Shown here in pieces: positions 52,760 to 64,000 of a stretch of 64,000 bases of DNA. The stretch lies in assembly GCF_003704095.1 (NCBI RefSeq), contig NW_020845264.1, positions 1,426,001-1,490,000 of the forward strand, given 5' to 3'. Origin of the DNA: Pocillopora damicornis (taxonomy: Eukaryota). The number at the start of each line of letters is the position of its first letter. Position 1 is the first letter of the stretch. The notes beneath the pieces are model-generated. The model had not been told where the DNA came from. It did no database searches and was given only the letters and a program-made list of their open reading frames with translations. Made by a program: the position numbers and the translations under genes.

Positions 52760-53944
52760 AACGAGGCACTCAGTGTCACCAATGTTCCTACCACATTTTG
52801 AAGTCCTCTGGAATCTATTCCTGGGGGACGTTATCGTACAGACCTATGACAACATGGAATTTATTCGTTTAATATGATCAAAAACAATAATGCCACGTCC
52901 TCATGCGTCTTTCCTGCAATAGATCATAACAAGAACTTGCGTGCAATATTCAGCTTATCAGCCAGTGCTTGCGTGTAACATTCAGCTTAACATCTATAGC
53001 GCCATGGTCTCTAAAGTGTTAATTCGAAGATTTAGGTGTGTATTGTAATATTAAAATGTATTGTGTTGCAGCTAATGGATTTGTCTGGAATTGAGGGAAT
53101 GATGTCATGGTATGTTATGTAAATTTTCTTAACTTAATGGTGGTAAGTTCGTTGTGGGTTGAATTTGTAAGAGTTGTGATCGAATGTAAGTGGTTTTAAC
53201 TTAACCAGGAATGCTACAAATACTGCGCCGTTTGAGTGCAGGCTCAGCTTCGTGTAAAAGCAAGGCCTGATTCTTGCATGACTACTATTTGCGGTTGCAG
53301 TACATGCCAGTCTCATCTAGTGTTTTACTGTATACATCCTAATAGAAAAATAGTAATCCTGAATTCCTTTTAAAATCAATAAAGATTAAAGATGACGCAG
53401 ATAGTTTAAACAACTCGTGTCATAACAGGAAAAATAAATTGACACTTGCTTAGCCCAATATGCACGGAGGACAATCATTAAAACAATTTAATTCTTTAAC
53501 CATTAAACTGTTTGGGCTCAAAAGTAATTCTCCCTTTCGCCTGCCATATATTACTTATGCATCATTTGAGAGAATTTAGTGGTCTATCAGGACAACACTC
53601 TCAGGCTGACATGTTGGTCTAATCTCATGACTCTCGGCTGGATAATATGTGGAAAATTATTTGGATGCGTTGCGTGCAAAACAAAACTTGGCAATCAAGC
53701 GAAAAAAAGGAAATTTCTATGAATCGATTTGACTTAGAAGACAAATTCTTTTTTGACGAAAAAGTTGAATCCAACCATGAGAAGGTTATCGATGCATTCT
53801 TGACTTAAGGGAAAGTTTTCATGCAGAAACCTTCTTTAATATGTTAATTCTCAAACTTTCGGACTCTGGGACTTTAAGACGTAAATTACCATTAGCGCAG
53901 CTTTTTTTCTGCACGAAGAATATACGCAGCCCACAATTCCTTTA

Positions 53945-54078
53945 TTCGATCAGACGAAGAGCTGACGCTCGAAACCTCAGCATATCACTTTATCAACACA
54001 ATTGATTGAACCAAATTATCGTGTAATATCTCTCACCGACACAGCACTGCAGTTTCTTTAGAATCTTACCCTCTTTAC
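53945..54078 (+). mobile_element. Penelope-like retroelement terminal fragment with a degenerate hammerhead-like core
   Basis: CAGACGAA GAGC TGAC GCTC GAAACCTCAGC ... AACCAAATTATCGTGTAATA ... CAGCACTGCAGTTTCTTTAGAA. Confidence 0.6.
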
Positions 54079-54459
54079 GTATTTATTTTTAGCCAGTATA
54101 AATACGTGGTCATTTTGAAGAGATAGGAGTACAAGTTGCAGTTAAAAACACGCATTTTAATAACACCGCCCTCCCACTCTCGTAAATACCTTTCCGCCGA
54201 GCTTTTTCAATTATAGTTATGTTAATAGAGCTTGCGCGTGACAAATTTGTGTTTACATCTGTCGATAAAGTCCTTTGCTTTAAGTTACCCCTCCTCTAGG
54301 GAATAATCTGTTGCCAATTTGGAATTATTATTGACACGGTGCGGTGATGTTAATGAATTTTTCTTCCTGGGCGTATTAAATGCTAGGCTTACCTTCTCCC
54401 GAACCAGTATCAGGAAGGCTGTCGTGTCTACAGGTTGAATTTCAATTTAGAAGTGCATT

Positions 54460-57400
54460 ATGTTTCGGATCATAACAGCAGTTCGTTTTCTGTTGTCGCT
54501 TTTGGCTCTGATCCAGTTATGTCGTAAAGGTATTGTATATTTTTGTGTACACGCCGTATGTTTTTTTTAAATTAGTGATTAACATAGGCGTCTCTACCAT
54601 TGAGAGTTTTATCATCTTTCACCCAGATCGAAAGCTGTTGAAGATTCTTAGCCTTGCTTCTTGGTAACAGCCAAAACAGTTCAACCGATAGATCAGCTGT
54701 TTTTATTGAGTGAAAGGAGTAGCTTGTTTAAACAAATTAAAACCTCTATCTCGACGAAATCTTCTTAGATATTAAAGGGACAGAATATTTTAAGCCATCC
54801 TCCCAAACAGCATTTAAAAGATAAATTCTTGAACTCGAAACCCCAATAAAAATATCTGATATTGCATTAATCAGAACATGTTTCGTTGTGTATTCTAGAT
54901 AGAAAACCAAATTGACTGTTTGACATTTCTCAAACCGTTCGACGTATACGCGTCGCATTCTAACTTATCGATGAGTAGTTACACAGTAAAATCAGTTTTC
55001 AGCTTTTTTTTTTTTATTTATACTTCGCAATAAAACAACAAGAGTTAAGAATTTTCATTATTTCATAAATGAGAAAGCTTCATCTTTCATGACAAATTCT
55101 TCGCGTGGCGAGGCAAGAGACGATTCAACTTCACGATAATCACTGCATTCGTCAAATTGAATTGTTCGGTGTTCTTTGTCGAATACCAATGTCACCTGGC
55201 AACAAAACTAAACATAAAGAAAGAAAGAAAAAAAGAAAGAAAGAAAAAAAGAAAGAAAGAAGAAAAGCTAAGAAAGAGAAGCGTCAAATATATTGCTTTT
55301 TGATTACATCATGAATTTCCGATAATCCCAACTATCTTTCTTTAAATTTAAATTTCCCCTGGGAACAGCCTAGCTCCTTGCAGAGTTATAGTTATTTCAT
55401 TTCAACAGCTTTGCAGTGTTGGAACATTCCAAACGTGGAATCGACAGCATGCCTCTTAAAAAATTGTAATCATAACTCTTTGCGTGAAACAAAGATATTA
55501 CTATAACTACAGTTTTTCCTTATCAGACACAGTTCTTAGTATTTCATATAACTCACTTATACATATTTCAGGATTGATTTAAAGATGTTTGACAAAGTTA
55601 CAGTTTTAATTAGGGATGGAAAGATTTTGGAGGAAAAAAGGTAGACTTATTTTTAAAAAGCGCTTAGGGATATTATTCGTCATACTTAGATCATTTAACG
55701 ATGTAACACAGCATTATTATCAGGAACAATGATTAAATTTCAAGTTTCATTTCTTTTTGGAACCAACTGATTATCCTCAAGCCACTTAAACAGTCCTTTT
55801 GTAGAAGTGTTAATATATTTAGAAGAAAATATCTGATCGGCGGATTTTACCCAATTAAAGGAGATTATTTGAAAAAAAATAGAATGAAATAAATTTATAT
55901 TATATTACGACCACTAGGAAAAAATTTTCAAAATATCGATCGATTTTGCCTGTCGGTCGATGATCAATGCGTTAATTTTAGTGTGCAATCGAAAGTATTT
56001 ACACTGTCTATTTGGTTTCCTTTTCGATATAATTTGAAAGTCTAAAGTTTTCATGTGGATGCAAAAAATATCACGCAAAAAATAATGTCGGAATATTGCC
56101 ATATTAGGAACAGACAATTGTTTACAAGTTGTTTGTTCTAAGAGGACCACATTTCCCCCTCGTAAACGCTATAATTTTGTTTCAAATGCCCACAGGCGCA
56201 ACAAGATTAGCATTTGCTTTGCCTTCTCTGGCATTTAATTATTTGAGTTTTCTTTAGCATGACATTTCGTGTGATTTACTGACGTGTATTTTCGTGCTTG
56301 CGCGTAATTTAATGGTTAAACCTTTCATCGGGATCAGTTTCATATTTGATTATAATTTCATTTCATGATTGAATTTGTTGACACAGCGCCTTTTATTGAA
56401 TCCTATTCGCAAGTAATTATCTCCGGAAGCTTGCATTCAGAATTGCAAAGATATAGATATCACAGGTCGAGAACTGAGCCAATTTTAATTTCGAGGTGAT
56501 AAACCAAGTTATCAAAAAACTATGTAGGGGATTATTCCAACGGAAAAAATCCTTTCTTTTAAACTAGTTGTATCTTTTGTGCACAATATAGCGTAACTGA
56601 TATGTTACAAGACTGCTCTCATTAAAGGGGGAGCCTCTGAGATACTGTTAGATTAGCATATTTAGAAAAAAGGATGTGCGTTTTTCTTATTTCGTAGTGA
56701 TTTTGGCTTTTCTTGTTCCATTAATCACCCAAGTGGAGGCGGTGTTATACAAATCACAACAGAGCATTTGCTTGTAAGATAAGGGTGTGCAAATCAACGT
56801 TGCGTGAAACGTTTCAAACATGCGCGCTTAAAAACTTTGACTGTGATTGGACCAATGCGGTTGATATAATTTGTTCTTTGCGTGCATCTTCGTGAAGGAG
56901 ATCTAAAATGCTGAAACCACAGTATGAAAACCCAAAGGAATATAACTTAGTCTTTTGTTTTCAACGTGTAGGCGAGGCATGGAAGTGCAGTAACTGTGAA
57001 GTTCCATATAAGGCTCGTGGTTGCTATGGAGACAGCCCATCACGCGTATTTAAAGTACAAGTCGTTAACGAGCGAGACCCCACAAGTAAAGTCTATGGAG
57101 GCCGAAGGATTGATTGGAGAGACTGGAATAGTTACATAGAGGGTTTTGCTTGTAGATGCGCTAAACTTGTCAAGGCCAAAGGATGGACTGTGTTTGGTTT
57201 GCAGTTTTATGGTAAGTGCATTTCAGATTTAAATTACAAAATATGTCATTTCATATTCTAACACTACATTGTTATCAAGAAAGATATTGTGTACGGCTTT
57301 CAGATTGCTTCACAATTTATCATTGCTGGTAAAGACTACATACCCGGCAAATCAACCCACTCAGAGGTCACCATGGTTTCAGCTGCTTAAAAAAAATCCA

Positions 57401-60400
57401 AGAGCATGCTATTCATTACCCTTCCCCCTTCCCCACTGACTGAGAGTACTGCTACCCTCACCCCTCTCCCAGAGGGCAAATGTAAGTCCATAGAAAGTTA
57501 ACATTTACCCCTAGAAAGTGTTCCCAACAGTTAACTGATTCCTATGTCTACTCCTGTGTGGAAATAAGACTTGAACTGTCCGAGTACAATTCTAAATAAT
57601 GAGTTTTTCTAATTTATTAGCTTTCGATTGACTTCTTGCCTAGTCTAACAATGGCTGGAAATGTACACTAGAACTCAAAACTGTGCCAACCGAAGCGTGA
57701 ACCTGGACATCGTATTTCGATTCAAAGTCGAGATTTTCAGTCCAAGTTGGGTAACCTTTCATTACAACTCCCCGTAAAAAGTGCCATTTTATGGGGTGCT
57801 ATATATTACATAGTAGTATCAGATTAATGAATTAATGATAAGTACTAAATAATCAATATATCAATATTTAGGGGAATGCTGGAGTGGACCTGAAGGTTCT
57901 TATGACCTGGAGAGTATGACGCCGGAATCGACCTGTATCTCAAATGACTATAACAAGTGTGGCAAGTTAGACAGACACTGTGTTGGAGAACAATGGACTA
58001 ACTTTGTGTTTGAACTTGGTGAGGAACTTCTGTTAGACTAAAATGAAAAGCTTTCTTTATTCATTAAGCCATCAGAAGCGTGTTTACATTTTAGGACTAA
58101 TTACCGCCTCAAAGTAGAGCACGTATAAATTTCGTTTGTTTGTCTCCAAAACAAATTGAGGCGTTTTCTAACAAGGAAGTTTTCTGCTATGTTTTTACCA
58201 CATCCTTTAACAAGAAACAAAGCGCGATTTATTGATATTTAAAGGGCCGGTGCGCACTGAGCTGGCAAAATGTGTTTGACTCTATCAAAAATCTCGACAG
58301 AATTTGTCTCCTCAAAATTTTCTATTTGTTAATCGTAGGTGCACCGAAAAAGAGCGAAATACTTGTTAACCACAATTTCAATCACAAAGACGCACAAATT
58401 GAACAGTACTGAAAGACTTTCATTTAAAATGCGAATCAAATTTTTTTGATTGACGTTATTTTCTAAATCATGGCGCGTAAACTGGGAAATCTATCAGATT
58501 TTACGCCTGACTAAAATTTTTCTTGCTCCGAGGCAGGACGATGGCACCTTAGAACATTGGTAAGGCTTAAAAAAATTTAATAGGAAAAAAATCACCGAGT
58601 GCACTTGTCTCAAGCTATTAATGACAAGTTTTTTACGCAAAGTAAACAAAGATTTGCCTGTGCATCCAGGCTCTCAAGGAAGTCTCCGCAAGCATGCATC
58701 CTATATAGATGGAAGACGCGCCTACCGACGTCATCAAAATGAATTCCTGCATTCTGTAACTTTTTGTTTCCATATGTTTAGAATCCGACTGTGACTTAGA
58801 TTTTGAGAGGATCGGCTGCTTCAAAGACAACAAGCAGACTCCGCGCCCTCTGCCTCAGTATCTAATAACAGACAGAGAGCGCAGACTAGAGATTTACAGT
58901 GGACAGTCTATAGATTGGAGGAACTGGGATGTTTATATGCCAAAATTTGTCTGTCGCTGCGCAAAGGTAGCTAAACAGAATGGCCACAATACGTTTGGAG
59001 TACAGTATTATGGTACGTAAGACTAACAAGCTTGTGTTCATAGGGCAGCTAAAAAAAATTGAAGTTAATGGTTACTCTGAAGGTCCAGTCTGTGAACATT
59101 GATTCATGTCGTAAAATTTGCTTCTTTTAGGAGAATGCTGGAGTGGTCGCGACTCAGAAAAAACATATAGTAAGCTGGGCGTGTCGAAAAATTGTCAAGA
59201 CAAGTGCTTTGAGAAATGCAAGCCCTTCGAAAAGTATTGCGCAGGGAAAAACTTTGCCAATGCAGTCTATCGCCTTTCAGGTTAGTCAGGGTAATGATTC
59301 TATTAATGTGATATCGCTTTATAGCCACTCTTCATGGAGTGTCAAAGTAATCCACGATAACGATTGTTTTGCTTTACTTCGCTCTGTGATTGGTCGAAAA
59401 AGATCGCGTCACGCTTTCAACCAAACATATGCACGCGACTTGGTCACCCACATTTCCCCGTGTTTTAGGCAGTTATCTTGTATTTTTTAAGGTCCTATGG
59501 TCTTTTCGAAGTATTTGCTATCGCGCTGATTAGTCGTTGTGATAACTTTGCTTTTGGTTCTACGAAACTCAGTCGAAAAGCGCTCTTTATTCATAGCCAG
59601 TCACAATTACCTCCACAAAGTGAACAATCAGACGTTGTGACGAAAAGTCAAATAAGAAAAATGTCAGGTCGTTAAGTAGAGAGCTCTTGGAATGACGAGG
59701 CAAAACCTACACCCGGGGATGTTCATCTCTTACACATCCGGGTTATTTTTTTTCCAGATGCCGGGTGCGAGATATCATATGAAGCTGTTGGTTGTTATGG
59801 TGAAGTCTCGTCCAATCGTGCTTTCACTAAAGAACTTGTGAATGAGGTGAAGCCCTTTAGTCGGGCATTTAACGGAGTAATCATGGAATTTGGGAACACC
59901 TGGGAGGAGGGTTTCAAGAAATTCCTATGCAGATGTGCGAGGGCAGCTCAGCTTAAAGGGTACACCATGTTTGGTGTTCACGAACATGGTGAGTTTAGTT
60001 ATTAAGCAAGTTACAGAAAAGTACGTTAAATAATGTATAGTATAGACGAAACTCAAACGATCTACCATCTCAAAACGTGTAAAATAAGGTATATGATATC
60101 AAGCGCGGGAAAGCATTTCGCAGGTGAAAAGTGTTAGCGTGGAAAGCAAAAATGTTTTCCGTCGGAGAAGATTCTGGAAATTTCTAATTCTACAATCACT
60201 GAAAAGGCGGGAAAATCGTCGGAACGTTGACAAGACATTAAAAAAATTGGCATTCGGCGTCGCGCCTTAAAGGCGGGAAAATCCATAAGAACGACAGGAC
60301 ACGGAAAAAATTAGCCAGCTGTACCAAACGCGGAAAGATTCCGCAAAATCGAGTCGTGTTATTTGACAAGCTTCTTTTTAGCCATTAACTGTGGTAACCT

Positions 60401-60788
60401 GCAAAACCATTGTTTCACGATACGCGAACTTCCGGTGTTCGCCATAGTTTCCGGTTTGTATATTCTGTCAATCAAATAAACGTGGTTTAGTTTTTCTCAA
60501 AATGGCGTGTTCACTGTGAAACACAAACAACCATATTGTCACTTTTACCATTTAGTAAAAAAAGGACAAGGAAAGGAATCACACACTGATTTAAACAATT
60601 AATTTGCCACTTTTTTTTTAATCTTTGTAGGAGAATGTTGGAGTGCCAGCGATGCTGATAAAAACTACGACAAGTATGGCGCATCCGACCAGTGTTTCTA
60701 GAACCTCAACCAAACTTGTACCGAGGGCTCCAGCTCCTGCGCCGGGGGCACAAATGCCAATTTTGTGTACAGGATTGTCTTGTCATAA
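54460..60788 (+). CDS. Secreted cysteine-rich protein with three WSC-like repeats; exons 54460-54529, 56972-57211, 57872-58018, 58782-59012, 59131-59280, 59758-59988, 60631-60788; in-frame TAG at 60699-60701
   Basis: Signal peptide MFRIITAVRFLLSLLALIQLCRKGEA; three repeats of GC(Y/F)..R........W....F.CRCA......G..FG....GECWS....C...C....C.G...NxV(Y/F). All six introns are phase-1 GT-AG. The WSC resemblance is by motif only. Confidence 0.82.
55214..55280. repeat. Imperfect (AAAG)n purine tract
   Basis: AAAGAAAGAAAGAAAAAAAGAAAGAAAG... Confidence 0.85.
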
Positions 60789-62847
60789 AGCGTGATATGC
60801 TGTAATATCAATAAAGTGTTGAATAACAGCTATTTTCTTGTATATTGATGTTATTATTCTTATCAATGTAATGTTAGTTTTCGATAACCTTTTTTTTGCG
60901 CCAGAGCCAGACGTTTTCACCTGCTGTTTCTCCGACCAACTAGGACTCTGGGAACGAGAATATGATGTCATATAGAGACGCAAACCAGCTGCTTGCGACG
61001 TATCTAGCTCCTATGTAATAGGCTGTTTAAGTGTAGTTATAAACGATGCAAGTATCTGAGCAACTGCACACCTACTCCTTCCCTTAATAACAACACTCAA
61101 CTGATAACAAGTCAGGACTAATGTACTTACAATGATTACGATAAACCGTTGTTACGGGAACCGCTTTGCGCCGAACGCTTGCATTCGACAGCCTTTCTAT
61201 CGAATATCACGTAGCGATGCTCCCCAAAGCTAGGGCGAGATATTCAAAAGACGTTTTTTTTCTCTAGTTCGAGTGAAAAACAGAAACACAAAAAACTACG
61301 CTAGCCTCCGCTACGTCCTTGAAAGAGTAAGGAATTGTTGAAAATCTTATAAAAATAGATTAAATCTTGTTAGAGTTGTGTTACGAACTTCCTAACTCAT
61401 TGCCGCTCTGTCGTCCTAAATAATGCGTCGGTAGCGGAGGCGGGGTAGGGGGGTGTAAAATGGCGTGGGAGGGGAGATAGAGGCGAGCCTATCAGGAGTC
61501 GTTCCAGACTCCTTGACAAACATGTTTTGTCTCGTTAAACTGTAGGCGGACATGTGGAGTCATTACAGGTATTTGTAAATATATACAAGAGCGAGTGGAT
61601 AAGGCAGGAGCACAGCAGACTATCAGTGACCATTCTCACACAGGAAATGTAGAAAATTTGTTTTTTTAACCGCCTGTTCGTCTCGTGATAGTTTGACGCT
61701 AACATGGAAAAAAGTAAAATGAACATCTCGGTGGATTGCTGTCTTTGTTTCGCATAATTTCTGCCCGGCGACTTCGGAATGAACAGCGTTGTTATCTTAA
61801 AGCTTTGGTGAGTATTGTCTGTCTGGATGTAGAATACAGTGCAATTAATTTGTGCTTTTGGATTTGAAAACATTGACATGTTTTCGGTAAAGATACACAT
61901 TGTGTTTTTGTTTTGTCAAGGCGACGTCAAACCGAAAATCGAAAACATTAATGATAAGTCGCCTAACTTGTCTTTCCTTTAATAATTCAGATAAGTTATT
62001 ATTTTTTTTGTCGTCTCGGAATCCAATTATGTATTTGATAAATCTGATATTCACTCCGTGTAATTTTGTTCTTTTATTTCTAAGCTACTTTTAGTTATAC
62101 GGGTGAATCATCAGGAAAGCCATGTTGTTTACTCGATCTAAATTTATCAATTACGATATAAAGATTAGTCCGAGATCTTGTTCCCGAAACTTTTAAACAG
62201 GAAAAATTAATTCCTCGTTAGTTTGCGCTGTTCTGTTCAGTAATTTCACGGTGCGAAATTCGTGTTGAAGTCGTTCTTGGGTCAATAACAATATTTCATG
62301 TTTTTATTGTTAACAGTAACTAATTTTATACGAGGTATTCATATGTTGAGGAAATTTACATGAGATTACAAACATTCTTGCCATGACTCGTAAAGACAAT
62401 GCGGAACATTAGTAAGACTTTCTTGCTGTTTAAAAGGACGCAAATTGGCTAGAATACTAGCCTTTTGATTTAAAACGATGAATGAAAAATATATAAGCTC
62501 GCGACAGCTTGATAGGAACTATAATTTGTGTTTTTTTTGTTTTTTAGCAATTGTCATATTGGCCTCTAGGATATATCTCAATTTACAGGTGCAAGCCATG
62601 TCTGCGATCTGAACTGAATTTTGTTTTGTAAAGTTGCCTTTTTGAAAAATCTCTAATTATAACATGCCTCCAAAAAGAGTTAAATCTCGTTGCTAATAGA
62701 ATAAACTGGAAGAGAAACTATGTGCAATATTTCCTGTGCATTATTATTGTTTTATGCAAATATTGATTTACCCTCAACTTTAAGCTCCAACACGATATAT
62801 TAACAACTTTGAAGCTTGTTACATAACCACTGTATGCAGGTAACCAA

Positions 62848-62905
62848 ATGGAAGCTTATTTAAAACTTTTCCTTCTTGTCTTTGTGATCAAAATGGCCAC
62901 ATGCA
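62848..62905 (+). CDS. Probable first coding (signal-peptide) exon of a gene continuing beyond the window
   Basis: MEAYLKLFLLVFVIKMATC followed by a phase-1 donor A|GTAAGG and preceded by acceptor TATGCAG|. No in-frame partner exon was found inside the window. Confidence 0.4.
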
Positions 62906-64000
62906 GTAAGGAGTTTTGAATATCACCTACATATGTATTACCAAGGCAACAATGATGTCACCTTTTATCAAGATAAAATCTTTATGAAAGTCCAGATGAT
63001 CAACATAGGCTGTGCTTTCTATAGCTTTCTTGTATCACAAAATACTGTAGGAAGTATACTGGTATAAATTACTGGGCCATCTATGTAAGCAGCAAATATA
63101 TGCACATGCTCATGAACTAATCCTGATGTGCACAGAACTAAAGATCTATTAATAATAATATGCACCTTCGGGGTTGTCAGTTATTTAGTGGCTTTTGTAG
63201 ATGTAACTGCTGGGTTTTTGTTGAATTTTTAAAATAGGCTTTTTTTCACCTTAACTTATTGTTATAGCCTCAACCCAAATGTTTGCGTCATGAATCTTTA
63301 TTAGTAGCATGTGCTATCAAAGAAAACCATTCCAAATAGAAAGAATAGATTCCATGTTGCTGTGCATCTTTATAGTAACTAAACCCCAATGGGCAACTGA
63401 TATGTCAGCTGATAACTTGTCCACAGCTGAGAGATTGTCCAAAAAACAGGGGAAAATGTCAAATATCAGGAACAATGTCTCTTCCAAGGACATTATCAGC
63501 CAACATACCAGAAAGCCAGAAAGGGGTTTATATATTTTATAACCTTCCCATTAATTTTCATCTCGAGGGTCCAAGACTCAGACCAAACCAACATTTAAGG
63601 TCTTGAAATAACTGAGAAGAATATGCTTTATGACGTCTGCAAATGGTATCTTCTCTGTACTGGTTAGCAGTCAGGACATTGAAGAACCCATTCACTTCTC
63701 ACAAAGAATAGGGAACATTACTCTTGGTGTTGTGGTCTGGCCTTGTTGATGTTTAAACAGGCCTCCATTTAAACTTGCTTTAGAGCTGGATAAGGCCAGA
63801 CTTTCTATAATATTGCATTTATTTAAATAAATAAATGATTGTTGTTAAAATTATGTTTAAAACTCTTGAAATGTTGGGGTACTTTTCTGTTCTTCAGGTA
63901 ATGACCATTAGGCAAAAGATTCATGATGGTGGTCTTCGCTGATCTCCAAATAGAAATTTGAAGCTGATGGACTCAAGTAGAAGTCCAGACATGCACATTG

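Noticed and set aside
56674-56778. Hydrophobic stretch FVVILAFLVPLITQVEA resembling an alternative signal-peptide exon
   Set aside because: The nearby ATG is out of frame and hits TAG, and no phase-1 donor joins it to 56972; exon 54460-54529 fits cleanly. It could be a relic but is unsupported.
60095-60345. Cluster of GCGGGAAA (E2F-like) motifs
   Set aside because: Intronic and degenerate; more likely remains of a short-unit repeat than a regulatory module.
63309-63542. 77-aa ORF near the window end
   Set aside because: No recognisable homology and no in-phase splice link to the 62848 exon.

Overview
Eukaryotic, intron-rich, AT-rich animal DNA. The repeat landscape (abundant TTAA-flanked MITEs, tRNA-derived SINEs, Penelope-type tails) and the cysteine-rich secreted repeat protein suggest a cnidarian, probably a stony coral; this is an inference. 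Gene models were built by hand from splice signals and frame continuity. In order: an intronless CPPED1-like metallophosphoesterase that has lost its metal-binding residues (+); intronless PSMB3 (-) head-to-head with a 6-exon TMEM50 (+); a 7-exon F-box/WD40 gene (-); a 4-exon SLC16/MCT transporter (-) divergent from a 22-exon MGAT5/GnT-V (+); a 2-exon GT31 galactosyltransferase-like gene (+); an uncharacterised acidic/Cys-His-rich ORF (+); a 7-exon secreted protein with three WSC-like repeats and an in-frame TAG in its last exon (+); and a probable signal-peptide exon of a further gene. The most notable observations are: (1) MGAT5 carries three tandem copies of its Cys-rich luminal N-domain, and only the innermost keeps the cysteine that tethers this domain to the catalytic domain in the human enzyme; (2) the CPPED1-like protein is a likely pseudo-phosphatase; (3) two Merlin-like MITEs with perfect 8-bp target-site duplications flank the SLC16 first exon; (4) the WSC-like gene has a nonsense codon followed by still-conserved sequence; (5) two GC-AG introns; (6) nested and hairpin-ended repeats. 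There are two 100-N assembly gaps. No CRISPR array, rRNA or convincing functional tRNA was seen.
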